Shown one piece after another: positions 1 through 13,700 of a stretch of 64,000 nt of DNA (positions within the stretch are counted from its first letter, which is position 1; every line of letters starts with the position of its first letter). Origin of the DNA: Takakia lepidozioides (lineage: Eukaryota > Plantae > Bryophyta); assembly GCA_030704615.1 (NCBI GenBank), contig CM060734.1:23498001-23562000 (forward strand), written 5' to 3'. The notes below the pieces were generated by a model. It worked only from the letters and a program-made list of their open reading frames with translations. It had not been told where the DNA came from and made no database searches. Position numbers and translations under genes: made by a program.

Positions 1-1984
1 AATTATGGTGTCACTCCCCCCCAAGGATTACTGCCTTAATGCTCAAGGACTTCGAAGTCCTACACACTCATTAGGTGGCTGGTTGATCTACCGACCTCTT
101 GGTTGAACTATAATGCATGACATCTAACATATGCCTATGTAATTTAAACCCATGACCACTTGTAAGTTGGGCTTGTGCTTTACCTGTTGGAGCATCTCTT
201 ATTTTATTTTTATTTTTATTGTTTTGTTTGTTTCCAAGGGAACACTAGCCCCAGCCAGCATGTCTTTTTTTGCCTGAGAAAATGGAAGCCTAAATGGCTG
301 GCCTCTCCAATGGACGGTGGGTTGGTGGCTGTTGTAGCGGAAATACAAATGATTGGCTGGAAGTGAGAAAAACGAATGTTATATTATGGACTATTTGTGT
401 TTCATTTTTTGAATGATGGATGGATAGAAAATTGAGCCTTGAACGTTAAGCTAAAGTGGAATGACAGTCTTACAGTATGCTATCCTACTATGCTATGAAA
501 CTTATATTTAAGGTAATTACACCCAAATGTGAGCAGGTCTCAAAATGGATCCCTATTTTTGGGGTCTAAACTGGTCATGCCTGCCCTCAAATGGCGACCT
601 TACATTCAGCGGGCTGATTTAGGTTCATTCATGGACATTGTGGGCTGCATGTAGCTCTGTTAGGTGAACAAAAACACTCTGAATACTGTGCCCGTGTATT
701 TGCCAAATGGAGGCTTATTAATAAAGCTGAGTGCTTAATGTAAGCACGTTGTTATTTTAATTAACTCTGTATGGGGATATAGGGCTGATCAGATATGCTC
801 CGATTTTTTCTCTAAATGCCTTGGCGGCTGCTCAATTTCAAATTCAAGTGGGTCCCGTTTACTTTGCTTGCATGTGTACATGTAGTAGCTCACATAAGGG
901 GTTTTAAGACTATTTGAAGGATGAATTTTTATCCAAATTTTGTGTACCATGGGTCAACGGATAGCTTATGCCATAAGCTAGCTTTTGCAATTGGGCTTAT
1001 CTCATTTGAGCAAGATTTGAAGAAGTTATGGTCATCCTTTCCAAGAGGGATCTAGTTCATCTCAAATGATAAGGTTACTGGATGAATTTATCCATAACTG
1101 TGCATCCATGGATGCAGTGAAGTTATATGGAAGTCACTAAGCTGCCACATCATTGCCCTATCAAAGCCTTTGGGACAGCCTATGAACGCCGTAACTACCG
1201 CCTCCATGCCGCGGAGAGGGTTTCTCTCAAATCTGAAGCGTCTCTTCTTTTCCATTCATTTGACATAAAATAGTTTAGTATAAAGCATAAAGTCGCCAAT
1301 GTGTTAATACAGTTAAATGCAAAACCAGATATGCATGGGTCTTAATACCGTGCAATCATATGGGCCCATTTAATGCACACCCTTAGGTTTAGCATGCAGC
1401 GCCCACAGATACGGGTCAAATCGTGTGCTATAATGGGTCACATCATCGCCCATGGGTACTTCTACCCACTGCACACCGACTATTGCACACAGCTTAGCTA
1501 CTGCAGCGCGTCATTCATGTATGGGGAGCGTAGTTTGGTGAATAGCGCAGCATTAGTTTACACTTAAGTTAAGTTCCAGCTCTTTGCTAGCTCATGAGTG
1601 TGCAGCAGTGATGGACCTAAATTACAGGCCGAGCCAGGCTTTCCGCTTGTTGCCAGACACTGAGATGGATGACGGGGATAGAATGTAGAACGATAGCCAG
1701 GGAGTCACAAGTTCAATGAAAGGTATAAACATGCAAACGGTGGAAGTCAAACTGAGGATGAGGGACTTGAAAATTTCCAGTGGGGCCAGGGAGAGGACTC
1801 CCAAGTTGAATTTCAGGCCGGCCAAGGCCTTACAGATCAAGTAGAACCTGCAGTTCACCAAGAAGAAACTACAACACTGCCGGAGATAAATGTTGAAGTA
1901 CATGCCGACACTAATACTGCTGGGCCTCATGAACTGAGTAGGTGTGGGGGGCGGCCATGGACAGGGAGGAGGCCTCTCAAGAAT

Positions 1985-3415
1985 GGGAACTGGACTGATG
2001 TGCAGCTGCGAGGTGTCATGGCTGCCGTTGATCGTGGAGACGACATCAGAGCCGCATCAAGGATGTTTGGAATGCCTGCAACAAGTCTTCAAAACCACGT
2101 TTATGGCGTTTCTACCAGTAGGAAGAGGGGCAGCAAAGGGACATTACACACCAATGAGGAAACTGCACCGGTCCAGTATATCGAAAAAATGCAAGATATC
2201 GGGCATCCCTTCACACTCACTCAACTACGTCTGAAGGTACCTGAAGTTATGCAAGAGAGTATCACACCTTTCACACATGGAATCTCGGGTTGGGGGTGGG
2301 TAAGATGGTTCAGGTCAAGGCATCCACATCTTTCTTTGAGAGTAGCTCAAGGACGAGAGACTGGGAGGGCCAAGGGACTATGTCCAGACAACGTTAAGAC
2401 ATTCTATGTTAACCTGCAGCTGATGTATAATAAGCACAACTATGGGCCAACAAGGATCTGGAATTGTGACGAGTCAGGGGCCCAGGCTGGGCGAAACTGA
2501 GGTGTTTTCTAGATAGTCACAACTCACATGTCGCCATAGACATTGTTAAGCAAGCAAGATCTGTAGGACTTGATGTCATTACACTGCCTTCCCACATCTC
2601 CCATGCAGCCCCTTGATGTGGCAGTTTTCAAGCCCTTTAAGACTGCCTTCAGGAAGTATAGAGATGTTTGGACCATGGCACACAAGGGTAGAGGAGCTTT
2701 GAAAGAAGATCTGGCCCAATGGGTTTCCCTTGCATTGAAAAAAAGAGTGACCCCTACCAACATTGCCAAGGGATTCAAGGCCTCAGGCATTTGGCCTTTG
2801 AATCTAGAAGCCATGGCAGGGAAGATGGGGTTGGTTGAATGCTTCTTAGGGGCGGGGACGGCAGACCACGCCGACACCAGACCAGAACTAGCAGACAAGG
2901 ATACAGCTGAGGGGGAGGTAGAAGACTTACTTGCTACCCTTCATGTGGAAGAGGTATTGAACAACCATGTGCCCAACATAGCAGATGATCACCACCACTA
3001 CTTTGTGGTGGTCGAGGAGTCACATGAGTATGAAGGGGGCGAGGACAACCAACAGCACGAGCGTAGCAGCTAATAGTCCCTAGTACATCTCGATGCTGAT
3101 GCAGATTGGGAGCTGGTTCCCAACCAGCCAGAGGTCCCGAGTCGTTCATCAATCTCCCGATTCTTGACGCTCCCGGAGGCTCCTGCAGTCAATTGGAGGA
3201 TGAAAGCAGAAGGACAAGAACCTGTCATAGACTACATCAAATCCATTATAATGACTAGTGATGTATACTTGGCAGCACTAGAGCAGAAATGGAGACTCAA
3301 GGATGAAGCAACTCGAGCTCGCGAGCAGAAAAAGAGGAGGCCCTGCAAGGAAAAGCAAAGCGGGCAGCGGAGAGAGTGGAGAAAGATGCTCTCACCTGAA
3401 CACAAGAGCGTCTAG
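1985..3415 (+). pseudogene. pogo/Tigger-like (Tc1/mariner superfamily, DDE_1) transposase pseudogene
   Basis: ORF 2000-2500 shows a psq-type HTH (WTDVQLRGVMAAV..IRAASRMFGMPATSL), a CENP-B-type HTH (GWVRWFRSRHPHLSLR) and the first catalytic Asp (IWNCDESG). ORF 2570-3073 has QPLDVAVFKPFK and GFKASGIWP. There is a stop at 2500, an apparent internal deletion and frameshifts. Confidence 0.85.
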
Positions 3416-4110
3416 CCAGGAGGGCCTTCGACGCCAAGTGGTCGGCCCGAGCTTGCAGCGAGGCAGGAGAACGTCTGCATCATGCAAGCTTCAAAGCAAA
3501 CAACCCGTTGACCGAGCATATTGCAAGGGTCGCCCCTATGTGGGTGGGCTCCACCGATCTATAAACACAATCAAAAGATCGGTATTGCTAAACGCAGGGC
3601 AAAGGCTCGAGGAGAAGACACAAGCCATCTTCAGGTCGTAGGAGTGCCATGGGCGCATCAACCTGGTATGGGACCACCTCCCGTGGAGTGAATTGCTGCC
3701 CTTGCATGCCATGGTGGTAAATAAGTAAGTAAGAAGGAGTTGCGGGGAGGGAGATGACAGAGATGGCGGGAGGAGTTGGCGCTTTTTGGCGGGAGGACAG
3801 TAGATGGAGAGCCAGGTCTGAGACAGCTGGGTGGTCTTGTTTACGACTCCATGAGGTGAGATTAGGGCGCGGGAGGACAAGAGGTGGAGGGCCCTGGCTT
3901 GCGACAGGTCAATAAGAAGATTCTTTTAGCTTAAGTAAGCACCGTTTTGGAAGAGGTGGGGGGGGGGGGGTCCATTTCGGGTTGCAGGTTGACCATTTGA
4001 CAAACATCCACGGTGACAACAGGGCTTACTGCAGTTCACTCATCCCATCTCCTTCATTTTGCTACTACACCATAGGATACCATTTGCTTCAAGGGGCCGA
4101 GCTGTAGGGT

Positions 4111-4140
4111 CAACACTATTTTAATTAATTCTGGACTTTT
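4111..4140 (+). repeat. Left terminal inverted repeat of the Sola-like element
   Basis: 29/30 identity to the reverse complement of 31761-31790. Confidence 0.9.
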
Positions 4141-4559
4141 GGCTTAAATCTGGACTAAACTTAATATATATTTGTATTAAATTTAATTGAAATATTAATA
4201 ATATCATGGTGTAATGTATGATTGAACTTTGTGAAATTTCAGGTGATGTCATACTTGTTTCAAAATGTGTCATATAAGAGGTCTATTTGACATTGAAGTG
4301 CTCAATGTGAAGTAGCAGTATTGAACAATTCATTGAACGTCCACTTGGACGTCGGATAAAGTAAAATTCCATTGCAGGACCATGATAAACAAATGGGTCG
4401 CATCGAACATGGGCCAAACTCGTACTCTACCATACACGATACAACTTGCTAGTAATTTTATTGATGCAAGAATCTTCATATGAAGCACAATGTTCACATA
4501 CCACGCCATTGGAATGAATCATGTTTTGGATCTGACAAGGCAGTAAAATATTAGAATAG

Positions 4560-6250
4560 CATGAAACATTCGGAAGAGGTACTAGGGTAGTACAATAAGG
4601 TTTGGGGTGTAACTAGAGAGAAGTGTAATAAGGTTTGGGTTTACAGTAAGGGTAAGGGTTTAGGGTTTGGATTTAGGGTACAAAAAGACAAACAAATATG
4701 ATGGACTCACACTCGGTAGAATTAAGAAATGGTTGAGGAATTTGATATCCCTGTAATCATTCTATCATACCTTATCCAACAAAAGAAAATATTAAAAGAG
4801 CATGAAACATTGAGAACTGTAACATGGTAGTACAATAAGGTTTGGAGTGTAACTAGGGTAGTACACTAAAGTTATTGGTTTATGGTAAGATTAATGGTTT
4901 AGGGGTGATGGTAAAGGTAGGGTTTTCGGTTTGGGTTTAAGAACACTATTGGACAAACAATGGAAGAGTCACAGTCGCTAGAACTTGGTGTGTGTTAGTA
5001 GGATAAAAAATAAAATAAAAAATGGAGAAACAAATATTATCGAAGAGTCATTGGGCCGGAGAAGTATTTAGATTGAGGATTCGTCCTTGGAACCTGGTAT
5101 TAAGATACATATGGTTATGGTATGGATACTTCATTCCCATTTGCAGGGGAAGGGTAAGGGTTTAGACATAACAATGGCGTAGGGTTTTGTTTAGGGTTCC
5201 CGACGAGGGTTTAGGGTTTGGGTTGAAGGTAGAAATGGTGAGCATACATGCCGGAAGACTCACACTCGCTACAACTTAGGGTTGTTAGTAAGGCAGTACT
5301 AAGCAAAATAAAAATGAAGAACCTAATATTATAGAAGTGTAGTCATTGCATCAGACAAGTATTTAAATGAAAGACTCGTCCTTGGAACCTGGTATTAAGA
5401 TACATAGAAAGCAAAGTTCGATAAAAAAAGGTAAGTGCATGTCAATCCAAACCAAAGGCAAAACCTTGTGCAAGGTGAAGGGCGAAGAGATTTGAATAAC
5501 CATAAATAGTTATGGTTATGGTATGGATACTTCATTCCCAGTTGCAGGGGAAGGGTAAGGGTTTAGACGTAACAATGGCATAGGGTTTTCCTTAGGGTTT
5601 TGGACAAGGGTTTAGGGCTTGGGTTGAAGGCAAAAATGGTGAGCATACATACCGGGAGACTCGCACTCGCTACAACTTAGTGTGTGTTCGTATGGTACAA
5701 AATGGAAATTTGGTTACATTGAAGAGATTTGGATAACTAAAATGGTTATGGTTATGGTATGGATAGTTGATTCCCATTTGTAAAGGGAAGGGAAAGGGTT
5801 CTGGGGTATTGGGTTAAGAGTAAATGTTTAGGGTTTTCTAGTAAGGGTTTAGGGTAAGGGTTTAGGGTTTTTGTTTAAGTTAAAAAATAGACAAACACTT
5901 ATGGAAAACTCCAGACTTCGCTAGAACTTCGTGTTGTTAGTAGGGTACTAGTAAGCAAAAAAAAAATGAAGAACCTAATATTATGGATGTCAAGTATTTA
6001 AATGAAAGACTCGTCGTTGGAACCTGGACCTAGTATTAAGATGTAACATATAAAGCAAACTGTAACATGCCTAAATGCATGTCAATCCAAAACAAAGGAA
6101 AAAGCTAGCGCAAATGTGAATGGAGAAGACATTTCAATAAACCATAATGGTTATGGTTATGGCTATGGTTATGGTATGAATAGTTCATGGGCCATTTGCA
6201 GAAAAGGGTCAGGGTTAGGGGTAATGCTAACAAAAAAAGCAAGGTACTAT
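4560..6250 (+). repeat. Degenerate subterminal repeats rich in telomere-like TTTAGGG/GGTAAGGG motifs
   Basis: Recurrent blocks TATGGTTATGGTATGGATA (~5110, 5511, 5745, 6165) and TCGTCCTTGGAACCTGG (~5082, 5376, 6011), with many GGGTTTAGGG motifs. Confidence 0.8.
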
Positions 6251-7030
6251 AAAAAAAGGTATGTCAATCCAAAATCCTAAATTGCCAAAAAAATAATAAA
6301 AAATAATAAAAAATACACACTATGAGATTTGGAAAGAAAATGACGTTATATAACGACTTTTGGGAAGCGACTGGATCTCATGGGAGAAAATGGATCTGAA
6401 GAAAACATGAGAGAGGATAAAAGTCAGACCACCAAATAAAAACTATGAGAAATAAAAATTGCTTAAAATTTGAACAACGGAAAAGGACATGTGAAAGTAT
6501 GAAAATGAAATGAAATGAAAATTTGGTGCAGAAAAGTCGTAGAGCTTAGAGGGAAAATGGAGGAAAACCTCAGAGAAAAAACTTCAGGATTGGCAAATTG
6601 AAAAGTATGTCAACGACGATTGAGTAAGGCTCCTCCTAGTGGGAGACTTCAGTGGGAGAATTGGTTATGCGAAAAGCAAGTCCAATGTTTCAAAGAAGGA
6701 CTGGAAATAGGTTATTTTCTTCCGTTGTTAAAAACCTCTTTGACCGAATTTGAAAACTCCAGTGGTCGTGCCCGCCCATTTTGTTTTTGTGATCTCTATG
6801 TTATGTAGGCGAAACTCCCCCACAGGGTATTCTTTGTTGACCAGGACGTACAGCAGGCGAGAATCCAGCAAACCAGAAACAAAGGACGAGAACGTCCACT
6901 AGACATTCGAGGTTCAGTGCGACATAAGAATATTGCAAAAAGGATCCCCCAACGCAAACAAGAAGGGCCATATAGAGAAGAAAAAATTTATTTCTTAAAT
7001 CGAAGTACTGGAGTTGACCTCAACAATATG

Positions 7031-8970
7031 TCATTGGTCTGGAACTCGCTCGCACGACTCGCTTTCTGACTGACGATTAGCCTCCTCCAAATTAGCGCGC
7101 GCCTTCACTGCTTCGGCGGCAGTAATTCTCTTAGTGCTATTCCTTGTCATATTTTTCCGTGGAGGCATTGTCCACATAACATTGTTCACGTGGAGGAGGA
7201 TATGTCGAGTTATACTCCCAAAGTTTTGACCAGCAGTCCCTGTACCTTTCCAAGTCTGTTGGGTTACCACCTTTTCTTGGTCTCCACCACTCCACCTTCA
7301 CCTTCTTAAAATTAGGATCCTCCCTTTTGCGGATCACGTCAGATATTGCCACCCCCATCCAGACCGGGCACGTACTTGGGTCATGAGGGCGAACGAGCAC
7401 AAAGAACCCTTTCTCAATATCCTTGAACAGATTTAGGGATATTCTTGGTCGCTCACACCTCAGGCCACAGTAAGGTTCTAGGATTTCATCCTCTTCTTCC
7501 ACATCTAGCACTATATGTGGATGGATTCCATCTCTGTGATGATTCTTGGACCAATTTGTTTTCGGCCAAAATCCCTCAAGCAACTGAATACGCTCGGGAG
7601 CTTCTGGAATTGGCTTATCCAGCTCGGCGAGAATGTTTCCCCAGTATTGGTCGTATTGTTCCATTCGACCTCTGTAATGATCGTCAAGCATCATTCCTTT
7701 CGTCCAAAAATCCATGTATTTTTTTATTCCATTCTTAATGAATGACTGTTTTTCGGAGGAGTCGTCCCCGACTCCCCATATAGGTCTCCTTGGAACGGTG
7801 TCTGGGTCTCCTTCAGAGAGCTTGGGAGTCCCGTCAGGATTGGACTTCCACATCTTCACGCTATTGTTTGTTGGAAGCCAATCCGAATCAGTAGCGGACT
7901 TCTTGTACTTCATCGGGCCAGCCCTCGGCATCCTTAAAAAAGCGGAAGACGTGCATCTCTGAAATCCCGACCAACGCCTCTTTTCCATCTAGAATACAGC
8001 CCTTGACAAAATTCTTGAAGTCGGGAACCTCCTGAATAATCTGTGGAATGAACTGCAGATCTTGCGAGGTCATGAATGACCTCATCAAATCCGAAAGAAT
8101 GTAGGTGCTTCATTCCTTCAGCTTCTTCGAAATGTAGCTGAAGAACCCATCGATGTCCTCATGGGTGTGTCCAACCATTAGGAACCCTAGTTGGATTTCT
8201 TCAAAAATATCTTTGGCGGTCAGAAGGGATAGAAAAGCAAGCATCCATCTGTTCTTATTGTCCTTCGCGGAGTTGTCCATTTTGCAAGTACAGTCTTCTC
8301 GGAAGTGGACGAGCACCACGTTTGTCTTCCGGCCTGCAAGGTTTCAGAGCATCCAAACATCTCGATTTACCTCTTAAAAGTGATTCGAAAAACTCATTTT
8401 GAAGTCGGTAATCGAAAATGTTCCTGAACTCGCGACAGGTTGGCTTCTCCAGCTGGCGCAGGCAACGGGCCAAAGAACCAATTGTAAAGTTTGAATTTCC
8501 CTTCCAGAACTCAAAGGAATACTGTCCATAAGCTCCATCACCGTGTCCGTGCGTGACCATTCCTGTTAGTGAAACTGGAAGCTGACCCAATCCAGAAATC
8601 ATCTTGTTTGGAGTTTGTAGCCTTGGAACAGCTGTTTTCCTATGATCCATTTGTCGTGAATAATATAGAGAAACTCCTCCAGAATCATAACAGACTCATT
8701 CCTCCAGCTATGGTAAAGTCTTCTGCACGACTCTTGGTGCCTCAAATGTTTAACAAGAGCTTGTTTGTGTGTCACCTGTTCTGCACTTCTCTTGACAGAC
8801 TTTCTGATCAGGTCCTTTAACATCTCACACTCCGTGCACTTTGCAAATGTACTCTCAGTTACGAACCTCCACGTTAGGAAATATCCGACTCCGGATGCGG
8901 CTAACAGCCGACTGCGAGACTCCTTCCAACCCGTGTGCACTCCTACGCCCCTTCTTTTTATACTGACAGA
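7031..8970 (-). pseudogene. Sola1/DUF7869-type DDE transposase, catalytic and C-terminal part (frameshifted)
   Basis: Across ORFs 8599-8982, 8255-8650, 8110-8319, 7888-8088 and 7137-7988: FAKCTECEML, IIHDK/MDHRKTAVP, LTGMVTHGHG, RLYLQ/MDNSAKDNKN, GFLMVGHTHEDIDGFFS, HVFRF. Confidence 0.85.
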
Positions 8971-9177
8971 ACAAAAAATCAACTCGGGGTAGGCACCGAC
9001 ATAAGTCTATCTCAATACATCCTTATGTTGTGCCTTGGCATAGAAACACGCAGGAACCTCCACTGGGTAGGCGAGGTTCTGGGTAGGTGTGGCCTTGAAG
9101 GAGGCAATTGGGACCCAGGTGGTGTGGAATGTTGGCGAAGTTCATGCGGAGAATAACGAGTATCAAGGAGGGCCTGA

Positions 9178-9950
9178 CATGAATCTTGATGCCGGAGACA
9201 AGGGATACTGCCGAGAATTCTGACGTCGTCGAGGATGAATCAAACCACAGACCATCGAAGAGTTCCAGGAATCCGAGCGGAGGATTCGGAAGAAACAACT
9301 GGAGAAACTTGCAGTGCGTACTGTTAGGTGATGATGGGGGTGCACTGTTCAAGAGGAGGATTCAAGCCTGCATTCCGGACGAGGTGATCCTCAATGACAA
9401 GCCGGGAGAGGACGATGTTTGGAGTTCTTATCACCAGAATACTTTCTGGAGGTTCTGGATCTTTGATGTCTCTTGTAAAATGGCCTTTAATGAAAACACG
9501 ACTTTTGGAAAGTGGGAGACTACTCTCAAATGATGTGGAGAATTTTATTAGATCCTCCGACAGCATCTTGTACGAGGATCACGAGGTAGGTGTGAAGAAA
9601 GCGGCGTATCGGCATTTTACGAGGAAGAAGAGGGATCCAAATTTGGAACACTCCAAAAAAAGAATGAAGAATCTTACTCTGGAGGAAGTCCGGTCCGTGA
9701 GCAGCAAACCTTGCTGCAGACTTCACTACTGTCAATATTTCGATTGGCGAAAAACCTTGGCTATCTAAACTTCGTTTTGGGGATCCACTTTCGATGAGAG
9801 GAGAGAACACGTACTAAATGTTTCAAAACGACTTCACATGCTGGAAGGGACCTCTCGCAGGGTATACGTTACGATTGAGGGTGTGGATGTTTGTGAGACT
9901 GCTTGGTGGAAAATTCATGGAATTGGCAGGTCCACATACATGGAATACAG
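9178..9950 (+). pseudogene. Probable N-terminal part of the same transposase, in inverted orientation
   Basis: KPCCRLHYCQYF...SFWG and IEGVDVCETAWWKIHGIGRSTYMEY are the Cys-rich motifs I expect upstream of the YKKKGRRSAHG segment seen on the minus strand near 8960. Confidence 0.6.
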
Positions 9951-10199
9951 TAAGCATCAACAAAGCAAAAAACCAAGACGTATCACTGGTTATATCAAAA
10001 ACAAAAACCTTCCAGAAGAGATCTGAGAATGAAATATCAGATGTGGGCTCTGACGTGCGAACCTTCATAAATCCGGGCACTGACGAATCAATGTTTGAGG
10101 GACTTATTTGACGGGAGACAACGGAGGAAACAGAGGAAGAGAAAGATGAAAGTGATGAGTGCAATCTTCAGTCTGATTTAGATAATGACATTTTTGTAG

Positions 10200-10474
10200 G
10201 AGATAGTGAACAGTACCCGGGATTCGTCCTTCCGTCCACTCCCGGATACAGTCCTAACTCTCCTCAGTATGCAGTATCTGTCCTCGTAAATTCTCCAGAA
10301 TATGTCCCCGCTGATTCTCCAAAATATGTCCCTACAGATTCTCCTCAGTACGTCCCTGGACATTCTCCAGAATACATCTCTGGAGATTCTCCGACATATA
10401 CCCCTAGAGAGTACTCCCCTGAAAATGAGAGAGCCTCCTGTAGTTATTGTAGATATAAGAAAATGAAAAGATGA
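10200..10474 (+). CDS. Putative terminal exon encoding RNA Pol II CTD-like Tyr-Ser-Pro repeats
   Basis: After acceptor ttttgtag (10199) an open frame reads [55 protein letters not shown], stop 10472-10474. It is built from 24-bp DNA repeats. Confidence 0.5.
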
Positions 10475-10766
10475 ACCTCATCTTACAAAAGAATATTGAG
10501 TTCTTGTAGATATTGGGTATTTGTTATTCAAACAATTTTGAGACCACATGATGTATTGAGTGGCGAGACGAGCCTTCTCTGAATAAATGTTTTTTTCTTC
10601 TTATGAGTGATATCTTTTTTTCTCCTGAATTGGATTCTTTTATCTATCAGCTATGAGCATGTGAAGTGGTGAACCTCCACTGGACAGTGGAGGTTACTGT
10701 CCTGGGAGTTTTGTATGGTTGTTATGATATGTGTCTGACGAAAGAGGTGGTTTGTTCTGTGCACAG

Positions 10767-13700
10767 CAACATCACCCCAAGGGATTGTATTGTTGGAATG
10801 TGCAAACCTATCTGTGGTTCATTTGTTTATCGAAAATCTCCGAATTTCAAGAATGATCACCTGGCAATTTTTGAGCTCAACCTGGAGATCACAGAATGGG
10901 GCATTGTACCCGTTGGCACACCTCCGGACCATAAGTTCCGGTTCCAATACAAGATTGGTGTAGAGGTCGCCGAGCTCAAATATGCAGATGTGGTCGACGT
11001 AGAGCTGGAGATGGAGGTGGAATTTCCGATGCTGGTAATGTTCATAATGGAAGATGGTAGATTTCCCAGAACGTTTGGCTTCAAACTGGAGGTACGAATT
11101 CTATGGAAGGCCATGATGAGAGAGTCCATCAGGGCGGGGTTCACATATTGCGACGAGGGTACTCAATTTACAGATGAAGGATTTTGCATGGCTTGGGGTA
11201 TTTTCTTGGATGTGCTTTACCTAAAGGGTAAGGAGATTGCAAAGACCCGGGAGGAGTAGGCTGCAAGAGGGAGGCCAAAGAAGGGAAAATGGAAATCCGT
11301 TGACGTCGGTGGTGATGAGAATGAAGCCGGGACATCAGGGGGAAAGAAGAAACAAAAGGAGGAGATGGATCCCGCGTTCATGACAGATAACAAGAAACCC
11401 AAGGCTGCAGACATATTCGACAAAGAGAAGTGTGAGAAGATGCTGGAGAGGCTGGAGCAAGACTACAAGGACATGTTTCCTTTTGGGTTTGAGGCGACGC
11501 AGGACGTCAAAGTTTCCATGATGGAGCTTGCTCCCAGGGATATGGTGTATAGGCCCTAAATGTGAAGCACAAAGACGAAGTCAAAGCGCGTCTTTACCAT
11601 CTCCGGGTGTTCGACTCCAAACATCCAGTTTATTTGATTCCCGTAAACCCCAAGAAGCCTATGGAGGTTTCTAATTCGAAACCTCGAAACAGGAACGAGG
11701 TGGAAAATTCCAGATTCTTCGTCATCGGTGGACAACACACGATCATTGCTGCCAAGGTATATTTCTCAACAAATTCCAATTTTTGTAACAACATGAACCT
11801 CCACTGGACAATGGAGGTTCATGAACTTTAAACAACATGTTTGTTAGGTCAATATCATTTCTGACCTTATTCAATTTTGTCGCAGGAACTTGTGCAAGAC
11901 GTAGACGACGACAATCTTAAGAAGTACTACACTGACTGGCCCTCAAAGATTATATGGTCAAGGGATCTGATGAGGCTCGTGAAGCTATCTAAGCTCCTAA
12001 ACGACCCGAATAAGACGAAGAAATTTGACACAACATTTCCCGAGAAAGTTGCACATGCCCGAAATTTCTTCGAGCTGAGGGGGAGGCCAAAAAAGTACAA
12101 CGATCACACAACGAAGTCGGAGACTAGACAATGGAAGGTAAATGATTCATTGTGTTTTCTGTTCCTTTTGCTAGAGAACTAAAATATTTTCAAGCTCGGA
12201 TTTAATGTGAGGAACGGAGACCGCATTACGAAGCACCGCATTACGAAGTAGGAGACACTACAAAAATAGCCTCATAAGGGAGGGTGCTACAATGAACGAG
12301 CGGAATGGTTCAGCATTCGGAAATTCGACATGATGGGGTTTTTTGTAATGTGTCTTGTTTGGTAATGAGGTGCTTGTCCAGCTCTTATTTTCCCAATCTA
12401 TTTATGTTCTCCACCTGTAACAGTTCCGCAAATGTGCCGCAAAAATATTTGAAACATCATATGATCATGAAAACGTGATGTTGCGGAGAACGCTTCCAAA
12501 ACTTTTCATGCTCATTGGGGTTTTCAAGGATTTTCTAGGTACACTCTTGGAACTGTTCCTAGTGGAGAACATGAACAGATTGGACAAATTTGACTTGGAG
12601 GAGCACCGCATTTCGAAGCAGGAGACACTACAGAAAGAGCTTCAAATTACAAGGCACAACAAGATGGACGGAGATGAATTGGCAATCGAATCATCATTTG
12701 GAGTATAGTATAATTGACATGATAGTTGTGACTATTGTTTCATCTCAAAAATTAATATCAAATATCGAATGAAATGTCTAACTTTGGCCCTGATTGTTTC
12801 GTAGGAATTTATGCAAGCACGTCAACTCATACTGGAGATGAGTAACGTGAAGGAGGCCATGGTTCTGGTTCTCTATGACGAAGACGTATGGAACCTGTGG
12901 GGGGAGGTTTTCAAACAGTGGGAACAATGGAAGCTTATTGATATTTTCGGGATTCAGTGCAAGGGTGAACAGATATCGCTGAATAAAACCGCTATCGCGA
13001 AACTGCAAGGACTTAATAGCAGGCAATTGAAAAGAGTGGCGGAGAAAATCCTAAACAGAGACATTTGCATTCAGGGAACGAAATTCAAGGGCGCGGACAA
13101 ATCCAAAAATACAATGAGCGCGTATATTGACCAAATGAAATTGCGACGGTTTATTATCGACGATGTAATGGAAGTCTTAGGGTGGCCTCGGAGGAGCAAA
13201 CAGAACCCGGAACCGTATACCAAACAGGAGTGGCGTGATGTGAAAAAAAAATACAACTTCAACAAAGCTGAGTTTGAAACTTTTCGAGATCGGCTCGGGA
13301 ACGACTACATTGTAAGCAAACAGAAGATGAATATGGAGACGCAGCCAATGACTGCTGCCTTCAAGAAGTATGTCTTGTCATGCAAGCAGACCTTCGAGGA
13401 TAACCACAATGCCCTGGCGATTCTACGCACGAGCTTCAGGTCCCATTACACACAGCTGGGGGGAAACCAGAAATTTGCTGATGCCAGATCATGGTTGGGA
13501 CTTGCACCGAAGAAACGGTTCGACGACATATCCATGGTGTTCGTCAATACAGTTTGTGATGATGACTCTGTCGTCTTCGAGGCAAAGGACTACTCCAATA
13601 TCCTGGATGCTTTTATGGCTCGGAAGCTAATGTCCAGTGCAATTGTGTTTTTCTCGACACAAGAATCGGGAAATCTTGTGTCATACATCCGGAATGGTCC

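Noticed and set aside
1-1340. ORF 175-366 and weak repeats near 920/1080
   Set aside because: Low-complexity or too degenerate to support a feature
4560-6250. True telomere or interstitial telomeric array
   Set aside because: TTTAGGG units are scattered and degenerate within longer repeats, with no perfect tandem run
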